Below are positions 1 to 13,600 of a stretch of 64,000 bases of DNA, piece after piece. The DNA is from Eledone cirrhosa (taxonomy: Eukaryota). The notes under the pieces are model-generated. The model did no database searches, was not told where the DNA came from, and saw only the letters and a program-made list of their open reading frames with translations. Within the stretch, counting starts at the first letter, position 1, and the number at the start of each line of letters is the position of its first letter. Both the position numbers and the translations under genes were made by a program. The stretch is from assembly GCA_964016885.1 (NCBI GenBank), contig OZ024741.1, positions 264,058,001 to 264,122,000 on the forward strand. The letters run 5' to 3'.

Positions 1-3000
1 TTGACCAACTGGGACCACCATGGTATGTAAGTTCTGAGCTGGTATTTTACAGACACAGATCTCCTTTTAACTCTCCAGCTATTGACCAACTGGGACTTCC
101 ATGGTGTATGAGTTCTGAGCTGGTATTTTACAGACACAGCTCTCCTTTTAACTCTCCAGCCATTGACCAACTGGGACCTCCATGTTGTATGAGTTCTGAG
201 CTGGTATTTTACAGACACAGATCTCCTTTTATTCTCCAGCTATTGACCAACTGGGACCTCCATGGTGTATGAGTACTGAGCTGGTATTTTCAGACACAGA
301 TCTCCTTTTAACTGTCCAGCCATTGACCAACTGGGACTACCATGGTGTATGAGTACTGAGGTGGTATTTTACAGACACAGCTCTCCTTTTAACTCTCCAG
401 CCATTGACCAACTGGGACCACCATGATGTATGAGTACTGAGGTGGTATTTTACAGAAACAGATCTCCGTTTAACTCTCCAGCCATTGACCAACTGAGACC
501 ACCATAATATATGAGTACTGAGGTGGTATTTTACAGAAACAGATCTCCTTTTAACTCTCCAGCTATTGACCAACTGGGACCTCCATGGTATATGAGATCG
601 GAGCTGGTATTTTACAGACAGAGATCTCCTTTTAACTCTCCAGCCATTGACAAACTGGGATCACCATGGTATATGAGTACCGAGGTGGTATTTTACAGAC
701 ACAGATCTGCTTTTAACTCTCCAGCGATTGGCCAACTGGAACATCCATGTTGATTTTGTTCTGAGCTGGTATTTTACAGACACAGATCTACTTTTAACTC
801 TCCAGCCATTGACCAACTTGGACCACCATGATGTATGAGTTCTGAGTTGGTATTTTACAGACACAGCTCTCCTTTTAACACTCCAGCTATTGACCAACTG
901 GTACAACCATGGTGTATGAGTACTGAGCTGATATTTTACAGACACAGATCTCCTTTTAACTCTCCAGCCATTGACCAACTGGGACCACCATGATATATGA
1001 GTACTGAGGTGGTATTTTAAAGACACAGATCTCCTTTTAACTCTCCAGCCATTGACCAACTGGGACCACCATGGTATATGAGTACTGAGCTGGTATTTTA
1101 CGGACTCAGATCTCCTTTTAACTCTTCAGCTATTGACCAACTGGAACCTCCATGGTATATGAGTTCTGAGCTGGTATTTTACAGACACAGATCTCCTTTT
1201 AACTCTCCAGCCATTGACCAACTGGGACCACCATGGTGTATGAGTACTGAGGTGGTATTTTACAGACACCGATCTCCTTTTAACTATCCAGCTATTGACC
1301 AACTGGGACTTCCATGGTGTATGAGTACTAAGGTGGTATTTTACAGACACAGATCTCCTTTTAACTCTCCAGGCCTTGACCAACTGGGACCACCATGGTA
1401 TGTAAGTTCTGAGCTGGTATTTTACAGACACAGATCTCCTTTTAACTCTCCAGCTATTGACCAACTGGGACCTCCATGGTATATGAGATCGGAGCTGGTA
1501 TTTTACAGATACAGATCTCCTTTTAACTCTCCAGCCATTGACCAACTGGGACTACCATGGTGTATGAGTACTAAGGTGGTATTTTACAGACACAGATCTC
1601 CTTTTAACTCTTCAGCAATTGACCAACTGGAACCTCCATGGTATATGAGTTCTGAGCTGGTATTTTACAGACACAGATCTCCTTTTAACTCTCCAGCCAT
1701 TGACCAACTGGGACCACCATGGTGTATGAGTACTGAGGTGGTATTTTACAGAAACAGATCACCTTTTAACTCTCCAGCTATTGACCAACTTGGACCACCA
1801 TGGTATATGAGTTCCGAGCTGGTATTTTACAGACACAGATCTCCTTTTAACTCTCCAGCCATTGACCAACTGGGACCACCATGATGTATGAGTACTGAGC
1901 TGGTATTTTATAGACTCAGAGCTCCTTTTAACTCTCCAGCTATTGACCAACTGGGACCTCCTTGGTATATGAGTTCTGAGCTGGAATTTTACAGACACAG
2001 ATCTCCTTTTAACTCTCCAGGTCTTGACCAACTGGGACCACCATGGTATGTAAGTTCTGAGCTGGTATTTTACAGACACAGATCTCCTTTTAACTCTCCA
2101 GCCATTGACCAACTGGGACCACCATGGTGTATGAGTACTGAGGTGGTATTTTACAGACACAGATCTCCTTTTAACTCTCCAGCCATTGACCAACTGGGAC
2201 CACCATGGTATGTAAGTTCTGAGCTGGTATTTTACAGACACAGATCTCCTTTTAACTCTCCAGCTATTGACCAACTGGGACTTCCATGGTGTATGAGTTC
2301 TGAGCTGGTATTTTACAGACACAGCTCTCCTTTTAACTCTCCAGCCATTGACCAACTGGGACCTCCATGTTGTATGAGTTCTGAGCTGGTATTTTACAGA
2401 CACAGATCTCCTTTTATTCTCCAGCTATTGACCAACTGGGACCTCCATGGTGTATGAGTACTGAGCTGGTATTTTCAGACACAGATCTCCTTTTAACTGT
2501 CCAGCCACTGACCAACTGGGACTACCATGGTGTATGAGTACTGAGGTGGTATTTTACAGACACAGATCTCCTTTTAACTCTCCAGCCATTGACCAACTGG
2601 GACCACCATGATGTATGAGTACTGAGGTGGTATTTTACAGAAACAGATCTCCTTTTAACTCTCCAGCTATTGACCAACTGGGACCTCCATGGTATATGAG
2701 ATCGGAGCTGGTATTTTACAGACACAGATCTCCTTTTAACTCTCCAGCCATTGACCAACTGGGACCACCATGATGTATGAGTTCTGAGCTGGTATTTTAC
2801 AGACACAGATCTCCTTTTAACTCTCCAGGCGTTGGCCAACTGGGACCTCCATGGTGTATGAGTACTGAGCTGGTATGTTACAGACACATATCTCCTTTTA
2901 ACTCCCCAGCCATTGACCGACTGGGACCACCATGGTATATGAGTTCTGAGCTGGTATTTTACAGACACGGATCACCTTTTAACTCTCCAGCCATTGACCA

Positions 3001-6000
3001 ACTGGGACCACCATGATGTACGAGTACTGAGCTGGTATTTTACAGACTCAGATCTCCTTTTAACTTTTCAGCTATTGACCAACTGGAACCTCCATGGTAT
3101 ATGAGTTCTGAGCTGGTATTTTACAGACACAGATCTCCTTTTAACTCTCCAGCCATTGACCAACTGGTACCACCATGGTGTATGAGTACTGAGGTGGTAT
3201 TTTACAGAAACAGATCTCCGTTTAACTCTCCAGCCATTGACCAACTGAGACCACCATAATATATGAGTACTGAGGTGGTATTTTACAGAAACAGATCTCC
3301 TTTTAACTCTCCAGCTATTGACCAACTGGGACCTCCATGGTATATGAGATCGGAGCTGGTATTTTACAGACAGAGATCTCCTTTTAACTCTCCAGCCATT
3401 GACAAACTGGGATCACCATGGTATATGAGTACCGAGGTGGTATTTTACAGACACAGATCTGCTTTTAACTCTCCAGCGATTGGCCAACTGGAACATCCAT
3501 GTTGATTTTGTTCTGAGCTGGTATTTTACAGACACAGATCTACTTTTAACTCTCCAGCCATTGACCAACTTGGACCACCATGGTATATGAGTACTGAGCT
3601 GGTATTTTACGGACTCAGATCTCCTTTTAACTCTTCAGCTATTGACCAACTGGAACCTCCATGGTATATGAGTTCTGAGCTGGTATTTTACAGACACAGA
3701 TCTCCTTTTAACTCTCCAGCCATTGACCAACTGGGACCACCATGGTGTATGAGTACTGAGGTGGTATTTTACAGACACAGATCTCCTTTTAACTATCCAG
3801 CTATTGACCAACTGGGACTTCCATGGTGTATGAGTACTAAGGTGGTATTTTACAGACACAGATCTCCTTTTAACTCTCCAGGCCTTGACCAACTGGGACC
3901 ACCATGGTATGTAAGTTCTGAGCTGGTATTTTACAGACACAGATCTCCTTTTAACTCTCCAGCTATTGACCAACTGGGACCTCCATGGTATATGAGATCG
4001 GAGCTGGTATTTTACAGATACAGATCTCCTTTTAACTCTCCAGCCATTGACCAACTGGGACTACCATGGTGTATGAGTACTAAGGTGGTATTTTACAGAC
4101 ACAGATCTCCTTTTAACTCTCCAGCCATTGACCAACTGGGACCACCATGATGTATGAGTACAGAGGTGGTATTTTACAGAAACAGATCTCCTTTTAACTC
4201 TCCAGCTATTGACCAACTGGGTCCTCCATGGTATATGAGATCGGAGCTGGTATTTTACAGACAGAGATCTCCTTTTAACTCTCCAGCCATTGACAAACTG
4301 GGACCACCATGGTATATGAGTACTGAGGTGGTATTTTACAGACACAGATCTGCTTTTAACTCTCCAGCTATTGACCAACTGGAACATCCATGTTGTTTTA
4401 GTTCTGAGCTTGTAATTTACAGACACAGATCTACTTTTAACTCTCCAGCCATTGACCAACTTGGACCACCATGATGTATGAGTTCTGAGTTGGTATTTTA
4501 CAGATACAGATCTCCTTTTAACTCTCCAGCCATTGACCAACTGGGACTACCATGGTGTATGAGTACTAAGGTGGTATTTTACAGACACAGATCTCCTTTT
4601 AACTCTCCAGCCATTGACCAACTGGGACCACCATGATGTATGAGTACAGAGGTGGTATTTTACAGACACAGATCTCCTTTTAACTCTCCAGCCATTGACC
4701 AACTGGGACCACCATGATGCACGAGTACTGAGCTGGTATTTTACAGACACAGATCTCCTTTTAACTCTTCAGCTATTGACCAACTGGAACCTCCATGGTA
4801 TATGAGTTCTGAGCTGGTATTTTACAGACACAGATCTCCTTTTAACTCTCCAGCCATTGACCAACTGGGACCACCATGGTGTATGAGTACTGAGGTGGTA
4901 TTTTACAGAAACAGATCACCTTTTAACTCTCCAGCTATTGACCAACTGGGACCACCATGGTATATGAGTTCCGCGCTGGTATTTTACAGACACAGATCTC
5001 CTTTTAACTCTCCAGCCATTGACCAACTGGGACCACCATGATGTATGAGTACTGAGCTGGTATTTTACAGACTCAGAGCTCCTTTTAACTCTCCAGCTAT
5101 TGACCAACTGGGACCTCCGTGGTATATGAGTTCTGAGCTGGAATTTTACAGACACAGATCTCCTTTTAACTCTCCAGGCCTTGACCAACTGGGACCACCA
5201 TGGTATGTAAGTTCTGAGCTGGTATTTTACAGACACAGATCTCCTTTTAACTCTCCAGCCATTGACCAACTGGGACCACCATGGTGTATGATTACTGAGG
5301 TGGTATTTTACAGACACAGATCTCCTTTTAACTATCCAGCTATTGACCAACTGGGACTTCCATGGTGTATGAGTTCTGAGCTGGTATTTTACAGACACAG
5401 CTCTCCTTTTAACTCTCCAGCCATTGACCAACTGGGACCTCCATGTTGTATGAGTTCTGAGCTGGTATTTTACAGACACAGATCTCCTTTTATTCTCCAG
5501 CTATTGACCAACTGGGACTACCATGGTGTATGAGTTCTGAGCTGGTATTTTACAGACACGGATCTCCTTTTAACTCTCCAGCTATTGACCAACTGGGACC
5601 TCCATGGTATATGAGATCGGAGCTGGTATTTTACAGACACAGATCTCCTTTTAACTCTCCAGCCATTGACCAACTGGGACCACCATGATGTATGAGTACT
5701 GAGGTGGTATTTTACAGACACAGATCTCCTTTTAACTCTCCAGCTATTGGCCAACTGGGACCACCATGGTGTATGAGTTCTGAGCTGGTATTTTACAGAC
5801 ACAGATCTCCTTTCAACTCTCCAGGCGTTGGCCAACTGGGACCTCCATGGTGTATGAGTACTGAGCTGGTATGTTACAGACACATATCTCCTTTTAACTC
5901 CCCAGCCATTGACCGACTGGGACCACCATGGTATATGAGTTCTGAGCTGGTATTTTACAGACACGGATCTCCTTTTAACTCTCCAGCCATTGACCAACTG

Positions 6001-7450
6001 GGACCACCATGATGTACGAGTACTGAGCTGGTATTTTACAGACTCAGATCTCCTTTTAACTTTTCAGCTATTGACCAACTGGAACCTCCATGGTATATGA
6101 GTTCTGAGCTGGTATTTTACAGACACAGATCTCCTTTTAACTCTCCAGCCATTGACCAACTGGTACCAACATGGTGTATGAGTACTGAGGTGGTATTTTA
6201 CAGAAACAGATCTCCGTTTAACTCTCCAGCCATTGACCAACTGCGACCACCATAATATATGAGTACTGAGGTGGTATTTTACAGAAACAGATCTCCTTTT
6301 AACTCTCCAGCTATTGACCAACTGGGACCTCCATGGTATATGAGATCGGAGCTGGTATTTTACAGACAGAGATCTCCTTTTAACTCTCCAGCCATTGACA
6401 AACTGGGATCACCATGGTATATGAGTAATGAGGTGGTATTTTACAGACACAGATCTGCTTTTAACTCTCCAGCTATTGACCAACTGGAACATCCATGTTG
6501 ATTTTGTTCTGAGCTGGTATTTTACAGACACAGATCTACTTTTAACTCTCCAGCCATTGACCAACTTAGACCACCATGATGTATGAGTTCTGAGTTGGTA
6601 TTTTACAGACACAGCTCTCCTTTTAACACTCCAGCTATTGACCAACTGGTACAACCATGGTGTATGAGTACTGAGCTGGTATTTTACAGACACAGATCTC
6701 CTTTTAACTCTCCAGCTATTGACCAACTGGGACCACCATGGTATATGAGTACTGAATGGTATTTTACTGAATCAGATCTGCTTTTAACTCTCCAGCCATT
6801 GACCAACTGGGACCACCATGATATATGAGTACTGAGGTGGTATTTTAAAGACACAGATCTCCTTTTAACTCTCCAGCCATTGACCAACTGGGACCACCAT
6901 GGTATATGAGTACTGAGCTGGTATTTTACGGACTCAGATCTCCTTTTAACTCTTCAGCTATTGACCAACTGGGACCTCCGTGGTATATGAGTTCTGAGCT
7001 GGTATGTTACAGACACAGATCTCCTTTTAACTCTCCAGGCCTTGACCAACTGGGACCACCATGGTATGTAAGTTCTGAGCTGGTATTTTACAGACACAGA
7101 TCTCCTTTTAACTCTCCAGCCATTGACCAATTGGGACCACCATGGTGTATGAGTACTGAGGTGGTATTTTACAGACACAGATCTCCTTTTAACTATACAA
7201 CTATTGACCAACTGGGGCTTCCATGGTGTATGAGTTCTGAGCTGGTATTTTACAGACACAGCTCTCCTTTTAACTCTCCAGCCATTGACCAACTGGGACC
7301 TCCATGTTGTACGAGTTCTGAGCTGGTATTTTACAGACACAGATCTCCTTTTATTCTCCAGCTATTGACCAACTGGGACCTCCATGGTGTATGAGTACTG
7401 AGCTGCTATTTTACAGACACAGATCTCCTTTTAACTCTCCAGCCATTGAC
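1..7450. repeat. Irregular mosaic HOR domain with ~31-39-monomer repeat offsets
   Basis: Near-identical variant strings recur at 511/3263/6259 (offsets 2752=34x81-2 and 2996=37x81-1), 1078/3587 (2509=31x81-2) and 1888/5045 (3157=39x81-2). Markers: CCATAATAT, AGATCGGAG, GAACATCCATGTTG, and the 1-bp deletion TTTTATTCTCC at ~230, 2415, 5490, 7350. Confidence 0.8.
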
Positions 7451-7639
7451 CAACTGGGACTACCATGGTGTATGAGTACTGAGGTGGTATTTTACAGACA
7501 CAGATCTCCTTTTAACTCTCCAGCCATTGACCAACTGGGACCACCATGATGTATGAGTACTGAGGTGGTATTTTACAGAAACAGATCTCCTTTTAACTCT
7601 CCAGCTATTGACCAACTGGGACCTCCAAGGTATATGAGA

Positions 7640-10600
7640 TCGGAGCTGGTATTTTACAGACACAGATCTCCTTTTAACTCTCCAGCCATTGACAAACTGG
7701 GACCACCATGGTATATGAGTACAGAGGTGGTATTTTACAGACACAGATCTGCTTTTAACTCTCCAGCTATTGACCAACTGGAACATCCATGTTGTTTTTG
7801 TTCTGAGCTGGTATTTTACAGACACAGATCTACTTTTAACTCTCCAGCCATTGACCAACTTGGACCACCATGATGTATGAGTTCTGAGTTGGTATTTTAC
7901 AGACACAGCTCTCCTTTTAACACTCCAGCTATTGACCAACTGGGACGACCATGGTGTATGAGTTCTGAGCTGGTATTTTGCAGACACAGATCTCCTTTTA
8001 ACTCTCCAGCCATTGACCAACTGGGACCAGCATGGTATATGAGTTCTGAGCTGGTATTTTGCAAACACAGATCTCCTTTTAAGTCTCCAGCCATTGACCA
8101 ACTGGAACCTCCATGGTGTTTTGGTTCTGAGCTGGTATTTTACAGACACAGCACTCTTTTTAACTCTCCAGCCATTGACCAACTGGGACCACCATGATGT
8201 ACGAGTACTGAGCTGGTATTTTACAGACTCAGATCTCCTTTTAACTCTTCAGCTATTGACCAACTGGAACCTCCATGGTATATGAGTTCTGAGCTGGTAT
8301 TTTACAGACACAGATCTCCTTTTAACTCTCCAGCCATTGACCAACTGGGACCACCATGGTGTATGAGTACTGAGCTGGTATTTTACAGAAACAGATCACC
8401 TTTTAACTCTCCAGCTATTGAACAACTGGGACCACCATGGAATATGAGTTCTGAGCTGGTATTTTGCAGACACAGATCTCCTTTTAACTCTCCAGCTATT
8501 GACCAACTGGGACCTCCATGGTATATGAGTTCTGAGCTGGTATTTTACAGACACGGATCTCCTTTTAACTCTCCAGCCATTGACCAACTGGGACCACCAT
8601 GGTGTATGAGTACTTTGCTGGTATTTTACAGACACAGATCTCCTTTTAACTATCCAGCTATTGACCAACTGGGACCTCCATGGTGTATGAGTTCCGAGCT
8701 GGTATTTTACAGACACAGATCTCCTTTTAACTCTCCAGCCATTGACCAACTGGGACCACCATGATGTATGAGTACTGAGCTGGTATTTTACAGACTCAGA
8801 GCTCCTTTTAACTCTCCAGCTATTGACCAACTGGGACCTCCATGGTGTATGAGTTCCGAGCTGGTATTTTACAGACACAGATCTCCTTTTAACTCTCCAG
8901 CTTTTGACCAACTGGGACCACCATGATGTATGAGTACGGAGCTGGTATTTTACAGACACAGATCACCTTTGAACTCTCCAGATATTGACCAACTGTGACC
9001 TCCATGGTGTATGAGTACTGAGGTGGTATTTTACAGACACAGATCTCCTTTTAACTCTCCAGCTATTGACCAACTGGGACCACCATGGTGTATGAGTACT
9101 GAGGTGGTATTTTACAGACAGAGATCTCCTTTTTACACTCCAGCCATTGACCAACTGGGACCACCATGGTGTATGAGTTCTGAGCTGGTATTTTGCAGAC
9201 ACAGATCTCCTTTTAACTCTCCAGCTATTCACCAACTGGACCACCATGGTGTATGAGTACTTTGCTGGTATTTTACAGACACAGATCTCCTTTTAACTCT
9301 CCAGCTATTGACCAACTGGGACCTCCATGGTGTATGAGTTCTGAGCTGGTATTTTACAGACACAGTTCTCCTTTTAACTCTCCAGCCATTGACCAACTGG
9401 GACCACCATGGAGTAGGAGTACTGAGGTGGTATTTTACAGACAGACATCTCCTTTTAACTCTCCAGCTATTGACCAACTGGGACCTCCATGGTATATGAG
9501 TTCTGAGCTGGTATTTTACAGACACGGATCTCCTTTTAACTCTCTAGCCATTGATCAACTGGGACCACCTTGGTGTATGAGTACTGAGCTGGTATTTTAC
9601 AGACACATATCTCCTTTTAACTCCCCAGCTTTTGACCGACTGGGACCACCATGATGTATGAGTACTGAGCTGGTATTTTACAGACTCAGAGCTCCTTTTA
9701 ACTCTCCAGCTATTGACCAACTGGGACCTCCGTGGTATCTGACTTCTGAGGTGGTATTTTACAGACACAGATCTCCTTTTAACTCTCCAGCCATTGACCA
9801 ACTGGGATCACCATGGTATATAAGTTCTGAGCTGGTATTTTACAGACACAGATCTCCTTTTAACTCTCCAGTCATTGACCAACTGGGACCAGCATGGTGT
9901 ATGAGTACTGAGGTGGTATTTTACAGACACAGATCGCCTTTTAACTCTCCAGCCATTGACCAACTGGGACCACCATGGTGTATGAGTACTGAGGTCGTAT
10001 TTTACAGACACAGATCTCCTTTTAACTCCCCAGCCTCTGACCGACTGGGACCACCATGGTATATGAGTTCTGAGCTGGTAATTTACAGACTCAGATCTCC
10101 TTTTAACTCTCCAGCCATTGACCAACTGGGACCACCATGGAGTAGGAGTACTGAGGTGGTATTTTACAGACAGACATCTCCTTTTAACTCTCCAGCTATT
10201 GACCAACTGGGACCTCCATGGTATATGAGTTCTGAGCTGGTATTTTACAGACACGGATCTCCTTTTAACTCTCCAGCCATTGACCAACTGGGACCACCAT
10301 GGTGTATGAGTACTGAGCTGGTATTTTACAGACACAGATCTGCTTTTACTCTCCAGCTATTGACCAACTGGAACCTCCATGGTGTTTTAGTTCTGAGCTG
10401 GCATTTTACAGACACAGATCTACTTTTAACTCTCCAGCCATTGACCAACTGGGACCTCCATGATGTATGAGTACTGAGCTGGTATTTTACAGACAGAGCA
10501 CTCTTTGTAACTCTCCAGCCATTGACCAACTGCGATCGCCATGATGTACGAGTACTGAGGTGGTATTTTACAGACACAGATCTCCTTTTAACTCTCCAGC

Positions 10601-13600
10601 TATTGACCAACTGGGACCTCCATGGTATATGATTTCTGAGCTGGTATTTTACAGACACAGATCTCCTTTTAACTCTCCTGCCATTGGCCAACTGGGACCA
10701 CCATGCTATATGAGTTCTGAGCTGGTATTTTACAGACACAGATCTCCTTTTAACTCTCCAGCCATTGACCAACTGGGACCACCATGATGTATGAGTACTG
10801 AGCTGGTATTTTACAGACTCAGAGCTCCTTTTAACTCTCCAGCTATTGACCAACTGGGACCTCCATGGTATATGAGTTCTGAGCTGGTATTTTACAGACA
10901 CGGATCTCCTTTTAACTCTCCAGCCATTGACCAACTGGGACCACCATGGTGTATGAGTACTTTGCTGGTATTTTACAGACACAGATCTCCTTTTACCTAT
11001 CCAGCTATTGACCAACTGGGACCTCCATGGTGTATGAGTTCCGAGCTGGTATTTTACAGACACAGATCTACTTTTAACTCTCCAGCTATTGACCAACTGG
11101 GACCACCATGATGTATGAGTACTGAGCTGGTATTTTACAGACACAGATCACCTTTGAACTCTCCAGCTATTGACCAACTGGGACCTCCATGCTGTATGAG
11201 TACTGAGGTGGTATTTTACAGACACAGATCTCCTTTTAACTCTCCAGCTATTGACCAACTGGGACCACCATGGTGTATGAGTACTGAGGTGGTATTTTAC
11301 AGACAGAGATCTCCTTTTTACACTCCAGCCATTGACCAACTGGGACCACCATGGTATATGAGTTCTGAGCTGGTATTTTGCAGACACAGATCTCCTTTTA
11401 ACTCTCCAGCTATTCACCAACTGGGACCACCATGGTGTATGAGTACTTTGCTGGTATTTTACAGACACAGATCTGCTTTTAACTCTCCAGCTATTGACCA
11501 ACTGGAACCTCCATGGTGTTTTAGTTCTGAGCTGGCATTTTACAGACACAGATCTACTTTTAACTCTCCAGCCATTGACCAACTGGGACCACCATGATGT
11601 ATGAGTACTGAGCTGGTATTTTACAGACACAGCACTCTTTTTATCTCTCTAGCCATTGACCAACTGGGATCGCCATGATGTACGAGTACTGAGCTGGTAT
11701 TTTACAGACTCAGATCTCCTTTTAACTCTCCAGCTATTGACCATCTGGGACCTCCATGGTATATGAATTCTGAGCTGGTATTTTACAGATACAGATCTCC
11801 TTTTAACTCTCCAGCCATTGACCAACTGGGACCACCATGATGTATGAGTACTGAGCTGGTATTTTACAGACTCAGAGCTCCTTTTAACTCTCCAGCTATT
11901 GACCAACTGGGACATCCGTGGTATATGAGATCGGAGCTGGTATTTTACAGACAGAGATCTCCTTTTAACTCTCCAGCCATTGACAAACTGGGACCACCAT
12001 GGTATATGAGTACAGAGGTGGTATTTTACAGACACAGATCTGCTTTTAACTCTCCAGCTATTGACCAACTGGAACATCCATGTTGTTTTTGTTCTGAGTT
12101 GGTATTTTACAGACACAGATCTACTTTTAACTCTCCAGCCATTGACCAACTTGGACCACCATGATGTATGAGTTCTGAGTTGGTATTTTACAGACACAGC
12201 TCTCCTTTTAACACTCCAGCTATTGACCAACTGGGACGACCATGGTGTATGAGTTCTGAGCTGGTATTTTGCAGACACAGATCTCCTTTTAACTCTCCAG
12301 CCATTGACCAACTGGGACCAGCATGGTATATGAGTTCTGAGCTGGTATTTTGCAAACACAGATCTCCTTTTAACTCTCTAGCCATTGACCAACTGGAACC
12401 TCCATAGTGTTTTGGTTCTGAGCTGGTATTTTACAGACACAGCACTCTTTTTAACTCTCCAGCCATTGACCAACTGGGACCACCATGATGTACGAGTACT
12501 GAGCTGGTATTTTACAGACTCAGATCTCCTTTTAACTCTTCAGCTATTGACCAACTGGAACCTCCATGGTATATGAGTTCTGAGCTGGTATTTTACAGAC
12601 ACAGATCTCCTTTTAACTCTCCAGCCATTGACCAACTGGGACCACCATGGTGTATGAGTACTGAGCTGGTATTTTACAGACTCAGAGCTCCTTTTAACTC
12701 TCCAGCTATTGACCAACTGGGACCTCCATGGTGTATGAGTTCCGAGCTGGTATTTTACAGACACAGATCTCCTTTTAACTCTCCAGCTATTGAACAACTG
12801 GGACCACCATGGAATATGAGTTCTGAGCTGGTATTTTGCAGACACAGATCTCCTTTTAACTCTCCAGCTATTGACCAACTGGGACCTCCATGGTATATGA
12901 GTTCTGAGCTGGTATTTTACAGACACGGATCTCCTTTTAACTCTCCAGCCATTGACCAACTGGGACCACCATGGTGTATGAGTACTTTGCTGGTATTTTA
13001 CAGACACAGATCTCCTTTTAACTATCCAGCTATTGACCAACTGGGACCTCCATGGTGTATGAGTTCCGAGCTGGTATTTTACAGACACAGATCTCCTTTT
13101 AACTCTACAGCCATTGACCAACTGGGACCACCATGATGTATGAGTACTGAGCTGGTATTTTACAGACTCAGAGCTCCTTTTAACTCTCCAGCTATTGACC
13201 AACTGGGACCTCCATGGTGTATGAGTTCCGAGCTGGTATTTTACAGACACAGATCTCCTTTTAACTCTCCAGCTATTGACCAACTGGGACCACCATGATG
13301 TATGAGTACTGAGCTGGTATTTTACAGACACAGATCACCTTTGAACTCTCCAGCTATTGACCAACTGTGACCTCCATGGTGTATGAGTACTGAGGTGGTA
13401 TTTTACAGACACAGATCTCCTTTTAACTCTCCAGCTATTGACCAACTGGGACCACCATGGTGTATGAGTACTGAGGTGGTATTTTACAGACAGAGATCTC
13501 CTTTTTACACTCCAGCCATTGACCAACTGGGACCACCATGGTGTATGAGTTCTGAGCTGGTATTTTGCAGACACAGATCTCCTTTTAACTCTCCAGCTAT

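Noticed and set aside
12-20. GGACCACCA/GGACCTCCA (Gly-Pro-Pro) as a collagen-like repeat
   Set aside because: Only one triplet per 27 codons; no continuous Gly-X-Y periodicity.
1-81. CENP-B box, telomeric repeat, tRNA or 5S-derived monomer
   Set aside because: No TTCG....A..CGGG motif, no TTAGGG-type repeats, and no convincing cloverleaf, Pol III A/B boxes or 5S similarity visible.
7897-8094. Alternative frames opened by stop reassignment (TAA=Gln: GELKGDLCLQNTSSELIYHGGPSWSMA; TGA=Trp: LTNWDHHGVWVLSWYFTDTDLLLTLQP)
   Set aside because: Each has one consensus stop, so recoding would open it trivially. The polymorphisms are mostly non-synonymous in these frames and the same frameshifts apply.
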